From Azolla caroliniana (lineage: Eukaryota > Plantae > Polypodiophyta), in contig JBHGNT010000003.1 of the NCBI GenBank assembly GCA_043228905.1, forward strand, positions 17,236,001-17,300,000: a stretch of DNA of 64,000 nt. Direction: 5' to 3'. The notes below the pieces were generated by a model that had not been told where the DNA came from, did no database searches, and saw nothing but the letters and a program-made list of their open reading frames with translations. Both the position numbers and the translations under genes were made by a program. Of the stretch, positions 47,642-60,599 are shown piece after piece. Numbering within the stretch: position 1 is the first letter of the stretch; each line of letters starts with the position of its first letter.

Positions 47642-50600
47642 TGTTGAGAGACAAGATCAATATTGGGTGCGTAAACCGGTGTGTAACTCAGTGCGTAGAC
47701 TGGGTGCATAAAACCGTGCGCACAACATGGCCGTAGCAGTGCATAAACCGAGAGGCCGTTAGAATGTTATTCCTCGTAAGGAATAATTTTGGGAGTAAGT
47801 GTAGGATGCTCATTTATGAGCGGTCAAGTACTGTCAGTACTTGTGTCAGCCCAATAATCAGGACTTGTATAAAAGGTGCTCACTGAGCACGAACTATGTA
47901 CAGAGAACATACAAAGAATTATTTTTTGAATATAGTTTCGTTTTCTGCCCTCTCTCTGTCTTTGTCTCTCCCTCTCCTCTATAATTTCTGTGTTTTACCG
48001 AACTGTCGTACTTCCAAACCGTGTACTCTGTGTCTTTCGCATACGGTTCCACACACGTATTCTTTTACCTGGTATCAGAGCGCGAGGGTTGAGACTCCTC
48101 TGCAGCCGACAGAAAAGCTTGGGATAAATACAGAGTTAAGTTATTGTTTTCGGAAAGGATGAGACAACAATATGGACAGAGGAATGGGAAGCTTGCTATT
48201 AACTGAGAAGCTCGACATGAGCAACTACGAATCTTGGTTGTACAAGATGCACCAGTACCTGCTTGGTCATGGTTACTGGAGTTATGTCGAAGGAGCTAAT
48301 GATACAACACCCGAATCGACACATAGAGATTTTTTGGCTTGGGAACAAGCGGCAAGGAGATTTCTTTATTGCTTCGCGTCCTGTGTGAGCGACCAGCTCT
48401 TGAGCTACATTCAGGATGCTAAGACGCCAAAGGACGCTTGGGTGAATCTCAAGGGAATTTTCACCGCTACCACAACGGCCAGGAAGTTGCAGCTCAGGCA
48501 GGAGCTCAACAATGTTCGATAGAAAGATCTGTTTGTGGCCAATTACACAACCCGAATCAAGGAGATATGCGACTCTCTCGCCTCCGTCAACGTGAACGTA
48601 GAGGAGGACGAAATGGTGCAGGTTTGTCTTGGAGGGTTAGTGTCAAAGTTCAGAGCATTCCGAACAACAGTCTGCACAAGGGAGAATACGCCTTCGTTCT
48701 TCGAGCTTCAGTCGATGTTGCTCATGGAGGAAAATCACGTGGGTGCATCGATGAGTATGCACACCGACAGTCGATGCACGGAGGAAGATAGGACCCGTAG
48801 TCATGGCGGACGAGGCAGATCGGCGCGTAGTGGAGGCAGCCGAAAAGAGCAGAATGTGCAGCATAATCGAAATGCAAGAAGGAATTCTGAACCCTCCGGA
48901 AGCAGGGGGAGTCATAGCAGCGCCGGAAGCCGGCAAGAGAAGGCCGTGACGGAATGCTGCTACTGTGGCAAGAAAGGCCACAAAGAGAGTGAGTGTTGGA
49001 AGAAGAGAGCCGATTCGGACAAAGCCAAATCGAGCGGAAGAGATGCAGGAAGGCGTCAGAAATCGCACTATGTCGAGGGCTCTGAACGAGCCGGGAATGG
49101 ATTGGGCCTAGCCTTCGTAATGAAGCACAAGCCCAATTTGATGGTTGTGAACACCTCGAAATCGAGCGAGCTGTGGTATGTTGATTACAGAGCATTGAAT
49201 CATATGACGAGTCACGAGGAATGGTTCTCTTATTTGGAGAAACCGGAAAAACAAGGAGTGGTCGTAACGGGAGACCACACTCCGCATACCATCGAACATG
49301 TCGGGTAAGTTCCCCTCAGCCAGGTTGGGCAGAAAGGGAAACTCATGAACGTGTTGCATGTCCCGACAATAACCAAGAACCTAATGTCAGTTGGTCAAAT
49401 CGTCAACCAAGGGATGCAAGTTCGATTCACACACCTCGGGTGCTACATCGAAGAGGAAGGCCAAGTTATCATGCAAGGGCGTCGTGAAAGGAGGATGTTC
49501 ATCCTTGACACCAACCAAGCCTGAACCGCGTTGTTCGCGAAAGGACAAAAGGTGGAATCGGATATTGACCTGTGGCACAAGAGGTTCAGCCATGTTAATT
49601 TCCAAGGGCTTCGTGAAATGCAAACGAAGAATATTGTTTTTGGATTGCCGAAATTTCGGGGCCGTAATAGCCAAGTCTGTGAAGCCTGCCAATTCAGGAA
49701 GTAGCACCGACTTCCATTCCCCAATGAGCGTAATCGTTGTCAAAATCCACTAGATTTGATCCATTCGGATGTGTGGGGACCGGCACAGAACGTGAGTTTC
49801 GGTGGTAACCGTTACTTCGTAACCTTCATCGATGACTTCACTCAGCATACCTGGGCATGTACGATCACGAAGAAGGGCGAAATCTTCGCATGTTTCTTGA
49901 AGGTAAATAACCTTGCAGAAAGGGAAACAAGGCATAAGATAAAATGCCTACGGTTCGATGGCGGGAAGGAGTACTTCTCTTACCAGTTCACGAGTTATCT
50001 ACAGAAGGAGGGAATTCTATGAGAATTCTCGTGTGGATATACGCCGTAGCCGAGCGGAAGAATCAAACAATCGAAGAAGCCGCTAGGGCAATGCTTGAAG
50101 AGAAGCATATGCCGAAGTTTTACTGGGATGAAGCCGTAAGGACGGCTATTTATTTGCAAGACCGGACTTCTACTAATTGAGGAGTGTCGCCACATGAGTT
50201 GTATTTTGGGAACACTTGAGATTTTCGGCAGCATTGCATATTTGCATGTGCTGAAGGAGAAGAGGAGGAAGTTGGACGCCAAAGTCGAGAAGTGTATCTT
50301 GGTCGGCTATTCAGACGAGCAGAAGGGATATAAGTGCTATAACCCCCGAACAAAGGAAGTTCACGTAAGCCAAGATGTCGTGTTCGACGAGTCCGCTTCG
50401 TGGTACTTGCCTTCACCTCCAATACCCCATGACTCCATTCCGAATTCTGAAGAAGAGGTCAGCAGGGACGAGCTGCCTCTGTGTGATGAGGAAATCGGAA
50501 CTCTAACAGAGAGTCCGATCTCAGTTCGGCTAAGTGGGCCGAATGAGGGGTTGGGCCGAGATGGCCAACCAAATGAAGAGCCGGTGAGTAATGGAGACTC

Positions 50601-50850
50601 GGTCATGTTGTCCCCGCGTAAAGAACTAAGGAGACAGTTTACCCGTAAAGAAAAAGGGAAGAAGAAAATGTCAGAATATGATTTCGGCAGTGTCGAGTCA
50701 GAACGGAGTGAATCTGAGGTCGGGCCAATCGAGCAGGAATATCCACGGAAGAAGTTGAAATCAGCCGAAAAGGCCGTGAAGTCAAGTAATCACGAATTAT
50801 GCCGATCTACCCACCTAAAGAACCCCGTAAAAAGATACGGGTACAATGAT
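47642..50850 (+). mobile_element. Decayed Ty1/copia element C5, 5' half (LTR 47642-48069, Met PBS, gag, PR, INT)
   Basis: PBS TGGTATCAGAGC 48070-48081; TEKLDMSNY...ARKLQLRQEL, CYCGKKGHKESEC, LWHKRFSH, IHSDVWGP, GYSDEQKGYKCY. Confidence 0.88.
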
Positions 50851-52305
50851 GGGCTCACACTAGGAGGAGCTCACCTTTTACCTCATCGCATCTCCTCGAC
50901 ATCCGATCGTCTTAGAACTAACATGGTTGGAGGCGCACAATCCAATTATGAATAGTGGATTTGTGCAACCGCGCAATCACATTTAGCGAGCCAGGATGCT
51001 CGCGCAAAACTATGAAGGTCAATTCAGTTTCCCATCCTTTGGAGAAGGTCGATTCCGACTCAGCTACCCCACCATCAGTCTAGGATGGGGTTGTTTGTGG
51101 CACCATTGACAACACACTCCATCTTATTCCTGACAAATACCAACACTTCTCCAACGTATTTGAAAAATGTAATGTTGATCGTTTGCCCAAACACCGGCTC
51201 TACGACTATCCGATTGATCTTCAAGAAGGTGCGTGTCCACCCTTTGGTTCACTATATGCGTTGTTTGCACCAGAGTTGAAGGCCCTTCGTGTGTATCTCG
51301 ATGAGAACCTCGATAAAGGATTTATTCAACCTTCTAAGTCGTCGTCTGGGACCCCCATTTTAGTCGTGAAGAAGGACAGTTCTCTATGCTTATGTGTCGA
51401 CTACCGAGGTCTCAACAAACTCATTGTGCGCAACCGCTATCCGCTACCTCTAATCCCCGAACTCCTTGATCGACTCTGAGTTGCGCGTGTCTTCTCCAAA
51501 GTTGATCTCCGTGGAGCATACAATCTAGTACGCATCAAGTCAGGGGATGAATGGAAAACCGCATTCTGAACACAGTATGGGCATTTCAAATACAAGGTAA
51601 TGCCTTTTGGTCTTATTAACGCCCCAACAATTTTTCAACATATTATGAACGATATATTCCAGGAATATCTAGATCATTTTGTTGTCATTTGCCTCAATGA
51701 TATTCTCATTTTCTCGCCAAACATGGAGGAGCACACTCGCCAGTTCTTGCCAAACTTCGCGAGCATGGCCTTTATGCCAAAGGCGAGAAATGTGAGTTCG
51801 ACCACACCTCGATCGAGTTTCTAGGCTACATCATCTCACCCACTGGCATTACCATGGATATGAAGAAGGTCTCTGTCATTCGGGCGTGGGCGACTCAAAC
51901 GCGACTTAAAGATGTGCAATCCTTCCTCGGCTTTCACAAATTTTTACCGTCACTTCATCAAGGGGTTTTCCACCCTAGCACAACCTCTTATCGCCCTCAC
52001 CCGTAAAGATACACCTTTTTTATGGACCTCGGAGGCATAAAATGCGTTCAACTCACTCACTCAAACACCCATTCATCATTGCCCCTCTGCTGCTACATGC
52101 CGACCCCACAAAACCCTTCCAAGTCGAAACAAATGCCTCTGACTTCGCCATTGGCACCATCTTATCCCAGGCAGACGACACCAACCTAACGCACCCAATG
52201 GCTTACTACTCTCGGAAATTCACGACCTCCGAAATCAATTATCCCATATACAACAATGAGTTTGCTGCCTGTGAAGAATAGCAACCCTACTTGGCCGGTG
52301 CACAA

Positions 52306-52979
52306 TGTTAAGCCCTGGGAGAGCACCACGACCAGTCATGAAGAAGAGCACATCAACAAGGACATAGTATGGCTAAAGGACCTACGAAGAGGCACAATGT
52401 TAAGCCCTGGGAGAGCACCACGACCAGTCATGAAGAAGAGCACATCAACAAGGACATAGTATGGCTAAAGGACCTACGAAGAGGGAATGACAAGAGGAAA
52501 GAGAGCTAAAGGACATCGAAGTGTGAAAGGTCCATACCCTAAATGTAAAGGCTATAGAAACCACATGGTGGTGGCATTGTAAGGGTTCTTCCATTGGTAA
52601 AGATCTCCCTATTGATTAAGAGCTAGAGCTTCCTCTCCTCCTTCTTGTAACCTTTAATCTTAAGAGAGATTAGTGAAGTGTTTAGTTAGAGAAAACTAAT
52701 CTCTCTTCCTTGTTGGTGCTAGACCTCTTAGCAAAGAGGGTTAATAACATATTCATTACTCTTATTGTCTATATTCATTACCCTATTGTCTATGAGAGCG
52801 AGCTTGAGAGAGTGAGAGAGATATCATGCTTAATCATCTATTAATCGTTAAGTGAGTGTGAGGCTTGGAGGTGTCCGACAACCATCTTCGCCCGATTCGC
52901 CATCAAAACGTTATACGTTGGTCCGAACACCACAAACGACATCGAGGAGTTAACTCCATCGATACATAGATCATACACA
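52306..52979 (+). repeat. Solo LTR inserted in the chromovirus RNase H, with a 92-bp tandem duplication at its left junction
   Basis: Host reads LAGAQ|[12 protein letters not shown]; TG...CA ends; TSD cacaa/tacaa. Confidence 0.7.
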
Positions 52980-54343
52980 TACAACATCGTGTCCAGGTAG
53001 TGATTGATCATAAAAATTTAGTTTATTTTTCCACCACTCATACTTTGAATCGAAGGCAAGCCCGTTGGTAGACATTTCTCACCGACTATGATTAAGAGAT
53101 CGTATTTCGACCTGGTGACCAACATGGGAAGGCCGATGCCCTTTCTCGTCGAGCTAACCTTACACTCCGCCTTGGGGATGCTGCTTATACTCAACAATCT
53201 AGACGTTTACTGAAACCCGACCAATTGCATCTTTTTGCCACTTTTATGTTGCAAGATGATTCATTACTCCAACAGATCACCGATGCATCCACGACCGATG
53301 CGTTCACCTACGACATTCGAGATAGTCTGCAAAACCCCTCCAAGGCAACCAAAATGAAGGATCTTGACACCTTCACCATACGAGAGGGTTTTCTATTCTA
53401 AGATCATCTCTTATACGTCCTAGAGGGCCCATGTCACACCCGGGTGTTGCAGGAATGCCACGATGACCCACTTGCAGGTCATTTCGGGGTCGCGAAAACC
53501 CTCGAGCTTATCTCTCAAGGGTACTGATGGCCACAACCATGGAAGTTAGTCAAAGAATACATCAAGATTTGTGAGGTTTGTGCTCACTCCAAATCCGCCC
53601 ATCATCAGTCATATGGCTTACTCTAGTCGATTACATACCCCCATCGTCCCTGGGCCTCTATCTCTATGGACTTGATAACTTATCTACCCTTCGTCAATAG
53701 CTATGACTCGGTGTTGGTCGTTGTCGATTGGTTTACGAAGATGGCTCACTTCACTCCATGCTCCAAAATCATTTCCGGAGAAGGAATGGTGCATCTACTA
53801 CTCAACAATGTGGTACGCTTGCATGGACTCCCCGATGATGTCATCTCTGATCGCGGACCCCACTTTGTCTCTCACTTCTGGCAGTGCCTGCTCCAAACTT
53901 TACGCATCTCTGTCAAGTTTTCTTCCGCGTATCACCCCCAAATTGACGGGCAGATGGAACACATCAACCAAATCCTTGAGCAGTATCTTCGGTACTCGGT
54001 TAGTTACCAACAAGATGATTGGGTCAATTTACTTTCACTCGCGGAATTCACCTACAATAATTCTCTCCATGCATTGATTGGCGTCACTCCCTTCTTTGCA
54101 AACTATGGTTTACATCCTCGCTTCAACATTTCCTGTCCTACCACTTCCGTGAACCCTTCGGCGGAGGATCACGCACGCATTTTAGAAGAGCTACCTCATG
54201 ATTTATCCTTGGAGCTTATTCTCGCTAGTGAATGATACAAGAAGCAGGTTGATCGTGTTGGGAGACAGGTCCCTCCGGATGGGAAGCGAGAAGAACAGTG
54301 CCTATAAACAAACTCGGCCGAGGCCGATAGGCCTCGGCCAAGA

Positions 54344-54570
54344 CTGGATGAGGAGTACCCGGCTACGGAGAGCCGGATGATACAAACCCAGTGAAGACCG
54401 GATGAGGAGTACCCGGCTACGGAGAGCCGGATGACGCAGACCAGGTGAAGACCGGATGAGGAGCACTCGGCTACGGAGAGCCGGATGGTGCAGGCCCGGT
54501 ATGAACCGGATGAGGAGTACTCGGCTACGGAGAGCCGGATGGTACAGGCCCGGTATGAACCGGATGAAGA
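54344..54570 (+). repeat. Four-plus 54-bp CCGG-rich tandem repeats in the C7 5' LTR (also about 59187-59412 in the 3' LTR)
   Basis: Repeated CCGGATGAGGAGTACCCGGCTACGGAGAGCCGGATG core at 54-bp spacing. Confidence 0.92.
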
Positions 54571-55050
54571 GACATATTCGTAAATATGTTTCTGAGAGCC
54601 CATTGAGGCTACATTTGTAAATAGCCGAAAAGTCATATTAGTATAAATATGACTTAGGGCAAACTTTTAGGATGTTGTTGTTGTCATTTTCTGTTTTGCA
54701 CGAGATTAGTGTGCGTAACTGTACAGAGAGAGAGAGAGAGAGAAAGAGGTCGTTGCCTCTGTTGTAACCGCCGGCTGTGGCGAAGATTTGTGAGCACGAG
54801 GTCAGTGCCTCAGTGAACTCATTGTTGTATATTCCTACATAGTGACAGTTTGCAGCTTGTGGGCTGCCGTGGTTTTTTCCCCTAGTTTGGGGTTTTCCAC
54901 GTAAACCTCCTGTGTATTCTCTCCTTCTTTGTGTCACGTTTTATTTCCCGTTTTTTTGTGTATCATTCTAAGCTCGGTTGTGGTCGAGCGTTGCGCATAA
55001 GGAACGTTGGGTTCCCGTCAAGTGGTATCAGAGCGAAATGGACACAGAAA

Positions 55051-58000
55051 ATGGACGAATCATTTGGCGGCATGTTCAAGCTCACCGGCTCCAACTATTC
55101 AGTGTGGAAGTCGAAGATGAGGGACATGCTCGTAGTTAAAGACCTCTGGCTGCCGGTTCAGTTCGGGGACAAGAGACCGGACAAAATCGACGCCGCGATA
55201 TGTGAGGTGATGCACATGAAGACAACGGCATACATACGGTGCTTCATCGACATGAGCCTGTACAATAACTTCAATGAGGAGAGCAAGGCTCATGAGCTCT
55301 GGGAGAAGATCGGCATAATGTTTCAGAACAAAAATGTTGTCAATCAGGTGTCGGTATTCCGGAAGCTAGTAAGACTCCGGTACCAAGATGGCTCCAGCAT
55401 GGCGGAGCACATGAATGCCTTCCAGGGGCTGATCCACCAGGCAACTTCATTGGAAGTACCTCTTGCCGATGAGGTACTAGCGCTACTCCTACTCGGTTCC
55501 CTCCCGGATAGCTGGGAGACGTTGGTTGTCACTTTGGGCAACGCCGGGCCGGAAGGAAAACGGTTATCCCTAGCAAGAGTAAAGTCGAGCTTGATAGATG
55601 AGGAGGCGCGTCGGAAAGACAAAGATACGAGCTCCGACTCCAAAGCGCTCCTTACCGAATCGGAACGCGGAAGACAGAGAAACCGTAGTCCCCAGAACCG
55701 GGAGAAGTCGGGGACACGGTCAAAGTCAAGGGGGAGGCCTACTTGCTGCTATTGCGGCAAGACGGGACACTTCCAAAAGAACTGTCGGCATTTCCGTAAA
55801 GACAAGGAAACCGACGATACCGATTCGAAGCAAACCTCGGACCGGAACGATAAAGACCACAACGGTAAAGACCGGAGGGGGGCGGACCGGAAGGGAACGA
55901 CGGCAATCGCGGCAAGTGAAGAAGAGTTGATGCTCATCACCGAGGAGAGTGAAATAAACCTTGCCGGCGACGAGATGACCTGGGTGGTAGACTCCGGAGC
56001 GTCGTTCCACCTTACCCCGGACCGAAAATGCTTCTCATCCTATTCAGCCGGTAATCACGGTTGTGTCCGGATGGGGAATGAAGGGACATGCCGAATTGTC
56101 GGCATAGGAGACGTGTGGCTGACAACACCAACCGGATGCAAGTTGCTGCTGAAGGATGTCTGACACGTTCCGGAAGTTCGTCTGAACCTGATATCAGCCG
56201 GTCGGCTAGATGATGAAGGCTACACGGGTAGCATCCGGAACGGTGTCATGAAGTTCAGCAAAGGGAGCCTGATTGTGGCTCTGGCCCAGAAGGTAAACAC
56301 ATTGTACCTGATGAATGCTCGGTTATGTCCGGAAGAAGTGAATGTGGCATCCGACACTGCCGGTGAGCTGTGGCACAAGAGGCTGTGTCATATGAGCGAG
56401 AAGGGGATGAAGAGGCTTGCAGACGACAACCTCATTCCAGTGAAGAACGTGCACTTAGAGAAGTGCACTGATTGTCTGGCCGGTAAGCAGAACCGGACCT
56501 CCTTCCGACCAAGGCCACCAATGAGACGTAATGCACCATTGGAGTTGGTGCATACGAATGTGTGTCAGGTAGACACGAAGTCACATGCCGGAGCGCAGTA
56601 CTTCGTGACGTTCATAGATGACCACAGCCGGAAGTTGTGGGCCACACCGTTGAAGACGAAGGAGCAGGTGTTATCCGTCTTCAAAGAGCTCCACGCGAGA
56701 GTGGAAAGAGAAACCGGCCGGAAGCTGAAGGCGGTTCGAGCAGATAACGGAGGAGAGTACCGAGGGCAGTTTGAGGAGTACTGCCGCTTGAAGGGAATCC
56801 GGCTCGAATTTACCGTGCCGAAGACGCCGGAACTAAACGGGCTGGCTGAGAGGATGAACCGGACCATAATGGAGAGGGTCCGGAGTATGCTAGCGCATGC
56901 AAAACTACCCAAGAAGTTTTGGGCTGAGGCATTGTCGACGGCGACATACGTGATAAACAGATCACCCTCAGTACCCTTGGACGGAGACACGCCACAGAGA
57001 GTATGGACCGGTAAGGAAGTGTCCTACTGGCATCTGAAGGTGTTCGGGTGTCTCGCGTACGTGCATGTAGCAAAGGACCGGAGAGGAAAGTTAGATCCAA
57101 AGACCCGGCCATGCATATTCCTCGGTTACGGTGACGATGAGTTCAGCTACCGAGTGTGGGACCCGGTCGACAAGAAGGTATTCCGGAGTCGAGATATTAT
57201 CTTCATGGAGGACAAGACGCTCGCCGACTGAGAGTCGGAGAAGAAGATAATGAACTCCGAGTCGACCGATAAGGATAGACTCTACGATGAGCAGACCCAA
57301 CCGGCAAGAGACCGGTTAGCACTCGAGGAACCAGCCGGTTACGGTGAGGATACCGAACCGGCAGAAGAAGAGGTAGAGGAAGCTGAGACCGGAACCGGCC
57401 AAGACCCCGAATCGGATTCGGATGAAGAGCAAATGGAGGAGCCGGTTACCGAAGCCCGAAGACGGAGATATCCTCTCAGAGAGAGAAGGGCCCCCCGGAG
57501 ATTTCCGGATGCAGAGCATGTTCTGCTGACCGATGAGGGGGAGCCGGAAAGCTTCGAAGAAGTGAAGGAAGACACCCATAGCCGAAAATGGTTAAGTGCC
57601 ATGCAGGACGAGATGGATTCCCTACATGAGAACCATACATACGAATTGGTGAAGTTGCCAAAAGGAAAGTGGGCACTCCGAAACAAGTGGGTGTACAAGT
57701 TGAAACCGGGAGATGCCGGCAACCCCCCGAGATACAAAGCCAGGATCGTGGTGAAGGGGTTCCAGCAGAAGAAGGGCGTGGACTTCGACGAGATATTTGC
57801 CCCAGTGGTAAAGATGACCTCCATCCGGACAGTGTTGAGTATAGCAGCAAGCATGGACCTCGAGGTAGAGCAGCTGGACGTGAAGACGGCATTCCTTCAT
57901 GGCGACCTCGAAGAGGAGATCTACATGCAGCAACCGGAAGGATTTGTGGAGAAAGGGAAGGAGCACCTGGTATGCCGGTTGAAGAAGAGCCTATACGGAC

Positions 58001-59112
58001 AGAAGCAGGCTCCCCGGCAATGGTACCGGAAGTTCAACTCCTTCATGACCGATCAAGGGTACCACAAGACGCAGGCCGATCACTGCATGTTTGTGAAGAA
58101 GTTCGAAGGAGGGGACTTCCTGATACTCCTCCTGTACGTGGATGACATGTTGATCGTCGGACGAGACCAAGTAAAAATACAGATGCTGAAGAAGGCTCTC
58201 AACCGGACCTTCTCAATGAAAGACTTGGGTCCGGCAAGACAGATGCTGGGGATGCACATCATCCGTAACCGGAAAGCGAAGCAATTATGGTTGTCACAGG
58301 AGAAGTACGTGACAAAGGTGCTTCACCGGTTCAACATGTCAGATGCAAAACCGGTCGGATCGACACTTCCGACAAACTGCAAGTTATCCGGTAAGCAAAG
58401 CCCGAAGACGAAAGCAGAGAAGGCGGATATGATGAAGATCCCATATGCCTCTGCCGTCGGGAGCTTGATGTACGCAATGGTTTGTACCCAACCGGACATT
58501 AGATACGCAGTCGGAGTGGTGAGCCGGTTTATGAGCAATCCTGGCAAGGAGCACTGGAACGCGGTCAAGTGGATACTCCGGTATTTGAAGGGCACTTCAA
58601 ATATGTGTCTCCGATTCGGCTCCGGAAAACCTCAACTGGACGGTTTCACCGATTCGGACATGTCGGCTGATGTGGATACCAGCCGGTCTACATCCGGGTA
58701 TGTGATGACATATGCAGGGGGAGCTGTTTTGTGGTAGTCGAGGCTGCAGAAGACGGTTGCATTGTCAACCACAGAGGCGGAGTACATGGCGGCTGTGGAA
58801 GCCGGCAAGGAAATATTATGGATGAAGGACTTCATTGGAGAGCTCGGTATCCGGCAAGAGGAATACCGACTCTACTGCGACAGTCAAAGTGTCATCCACC
58901 TTGCTAAGAATGAGGTCTACCATTCACGGACGAAGCATATCCAGCGGAGGTACCACTGGATCCGGGAAAGAGTAGATGACCAAGAGTTCGCACTGACGAA
59001 GATCCACACGGCCGAGAACGGGTCAGATATGCTGACCAAAGTGCTGATACCCGACAAGCTGGACACATGCCGGAAGAGGATCGGACTGGTGAGACACCCC
59101 ATGCTGGACTGA
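55051..59112 (+). pseudogene. gag-pol: C7 gag-pol, one frame with three premature stops (56161, 57229, 58735)
   Basis: KLTGSNYSVWK, CYCGKTGHFQKNC, VDSGASFH, LWHKRLCH, ADNGGEY, YVDD, STTEAEY. Confidence 0.93.
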
Positions 59113-60599
59113 AGGGGGAGTTTGTTGGGAGACAGGTCCCTCCGGATGGGAAGCGAGAAGAACAGTTCCTATCGGCCTCGGCCGAGACCGGATGAGGAGC
59201 ACCCGGCTACGGAGAGCCGGATGATATAGACCCGGTGAAGACCGGATGAGGAGTACCCGGCTACGGAGATCCGGATGACGCAGACCCGGTGAAGACCGGA
59301 TGAGGAGCACTCGGCTACGGAGAGCCGGATGGTGCAGGCCCGGTATGAACCGGATGAGGAGTACTCGGCTACGGAGAGCCGGATGGTACAGGCCCGGTAG
59401 GAGCCGGATGAAGAGACATATTCGTAAATATGTTTCTGAGAGCCCATTGAGGCTACATTTGTAAATAGCCGAAAAGTCATATTAGTATAAATATGACTTA
59501 GGGAAAACTTTTAGGATGTTGTTGTTGTCATTTTCTGTTTTGCACGAGATTAGTGTGCGTAACTATACAGAGAGAGAGAGAGAGAGAGAGAAAGAGGTCG
59601 TTGCCTCTGTTGTAACCGCCGGCTGTGGCGAAGATTTGTGAGCACGAGGTCGGTGCCTCAGTGAACTCACTATTGTATATTCCTACATAGTGACAGTTTG
59701 CAGCCTATGGGCTGCCGTGGTTTTTTCCTCTAGTTTGGGGTTTTCCACGTAAACCTCCTGTGTATTCTCTCCTTCTTTGTGTCGCGTTTTATTTCCCGTT
59801 TTTCTGTGTATCATTCTAAGCTCGGTTGTGGTCGAGCGTTGCGCATAAGGAACGTTGGGTTCCCGTCAGATCGCCATCGATCTGCCACTCCACACTTTTT
59901 CGTTGGAGACATGGTCTGGTTGTTATGCCAACACATCTCTACTACTCGTCCATGTGCGAAACTTGATTACAAGAAGTTGGGACCATTCCGTATCATCGAG
60001 TGCATCAATCTCGTTGCCTTTCGGCTCGCCCTTCCATCCCACGTCCGAATTCACAATGTTTTTCATGTCTCCCTCCTCGAACCCCATTATGCTTTGCAAC
60101 TCCCCAGATGTCAAGCTCCACCACCACCAACTGTGCAATTGACAATAGGGGAGGAATACGAGGTCGACCGAATCCTTGACTTGGGAAGGCGGCGTAACAA
60201 CCACAAACCGGCGGCCAATTTGGGAAGGCGGCGTAGGAGGGGGGATAATGTCAAGATTAGAACTCTTGACATGACCATGTTATAATAAAGTATTATGGGT
60301 TAACCAACATATCTAGTATACATTTATGTATATAATTGGTCCTTGTAGTTTTGGTTAGCATCATGTGCATAGTTGCTCCCTTGTAGTATTTACTCTTGAC
60401 ACATGCATGCGTACCTACATGCTCTATTGTAGATTCACATGTGTGCAACAAGTATGCATTTCGTGTAGTATAAATAGTTGAGTTCACCTTGAAGGAATTC
60501 AAGGTGAACAACACCAGTTATGGAGTCTTTCAATTAATACTACTCATCCATTTGGTTATCTTCTTTCTTGTCTCTTGAGCTTATGATCTATCCATGACA

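Larger units (their letters stand above)
54256..59868 (+). mobile_element. Full-length Ty1/copia (Tork/Tto1-like) element C7 inserted in the chromovirus integrase
   Basis: Perfect TSD GATCG; LTRs 54256-55020 and 59123-59868; PBS TGGTATCAGAGC 55023-55034; PPT GAAGGGGGAG 59111-59120. Confidence 0.96.
50850..60599 (+). mobile_element. Decayed chromovirus Ty3/gypsy (Tcn1/Tf-like): RT, RH, INT, partial chromodomain, PPT and 3' LTR 60249-60599
   Basis: PPFGSLY...YLDENLDKGFIQPSKS, VDYRGLN, RNRYPLPLI, MPFGLINAP, ETNASDFAIG, SDRGPHF, KLDYKKLGPF, HNVFHVSLL, EEYEVDRILD; PPT AGGAGGGGGGA 60235-60245. Confidence 0.85.

Noticed and set aside
54344-54570. CRISPR-like repeat/spacer appearance of the 54-bp array
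   Set aside because: The variable parts are homologous to each other, the array lies inside LTR U3, and there are no cas genes.
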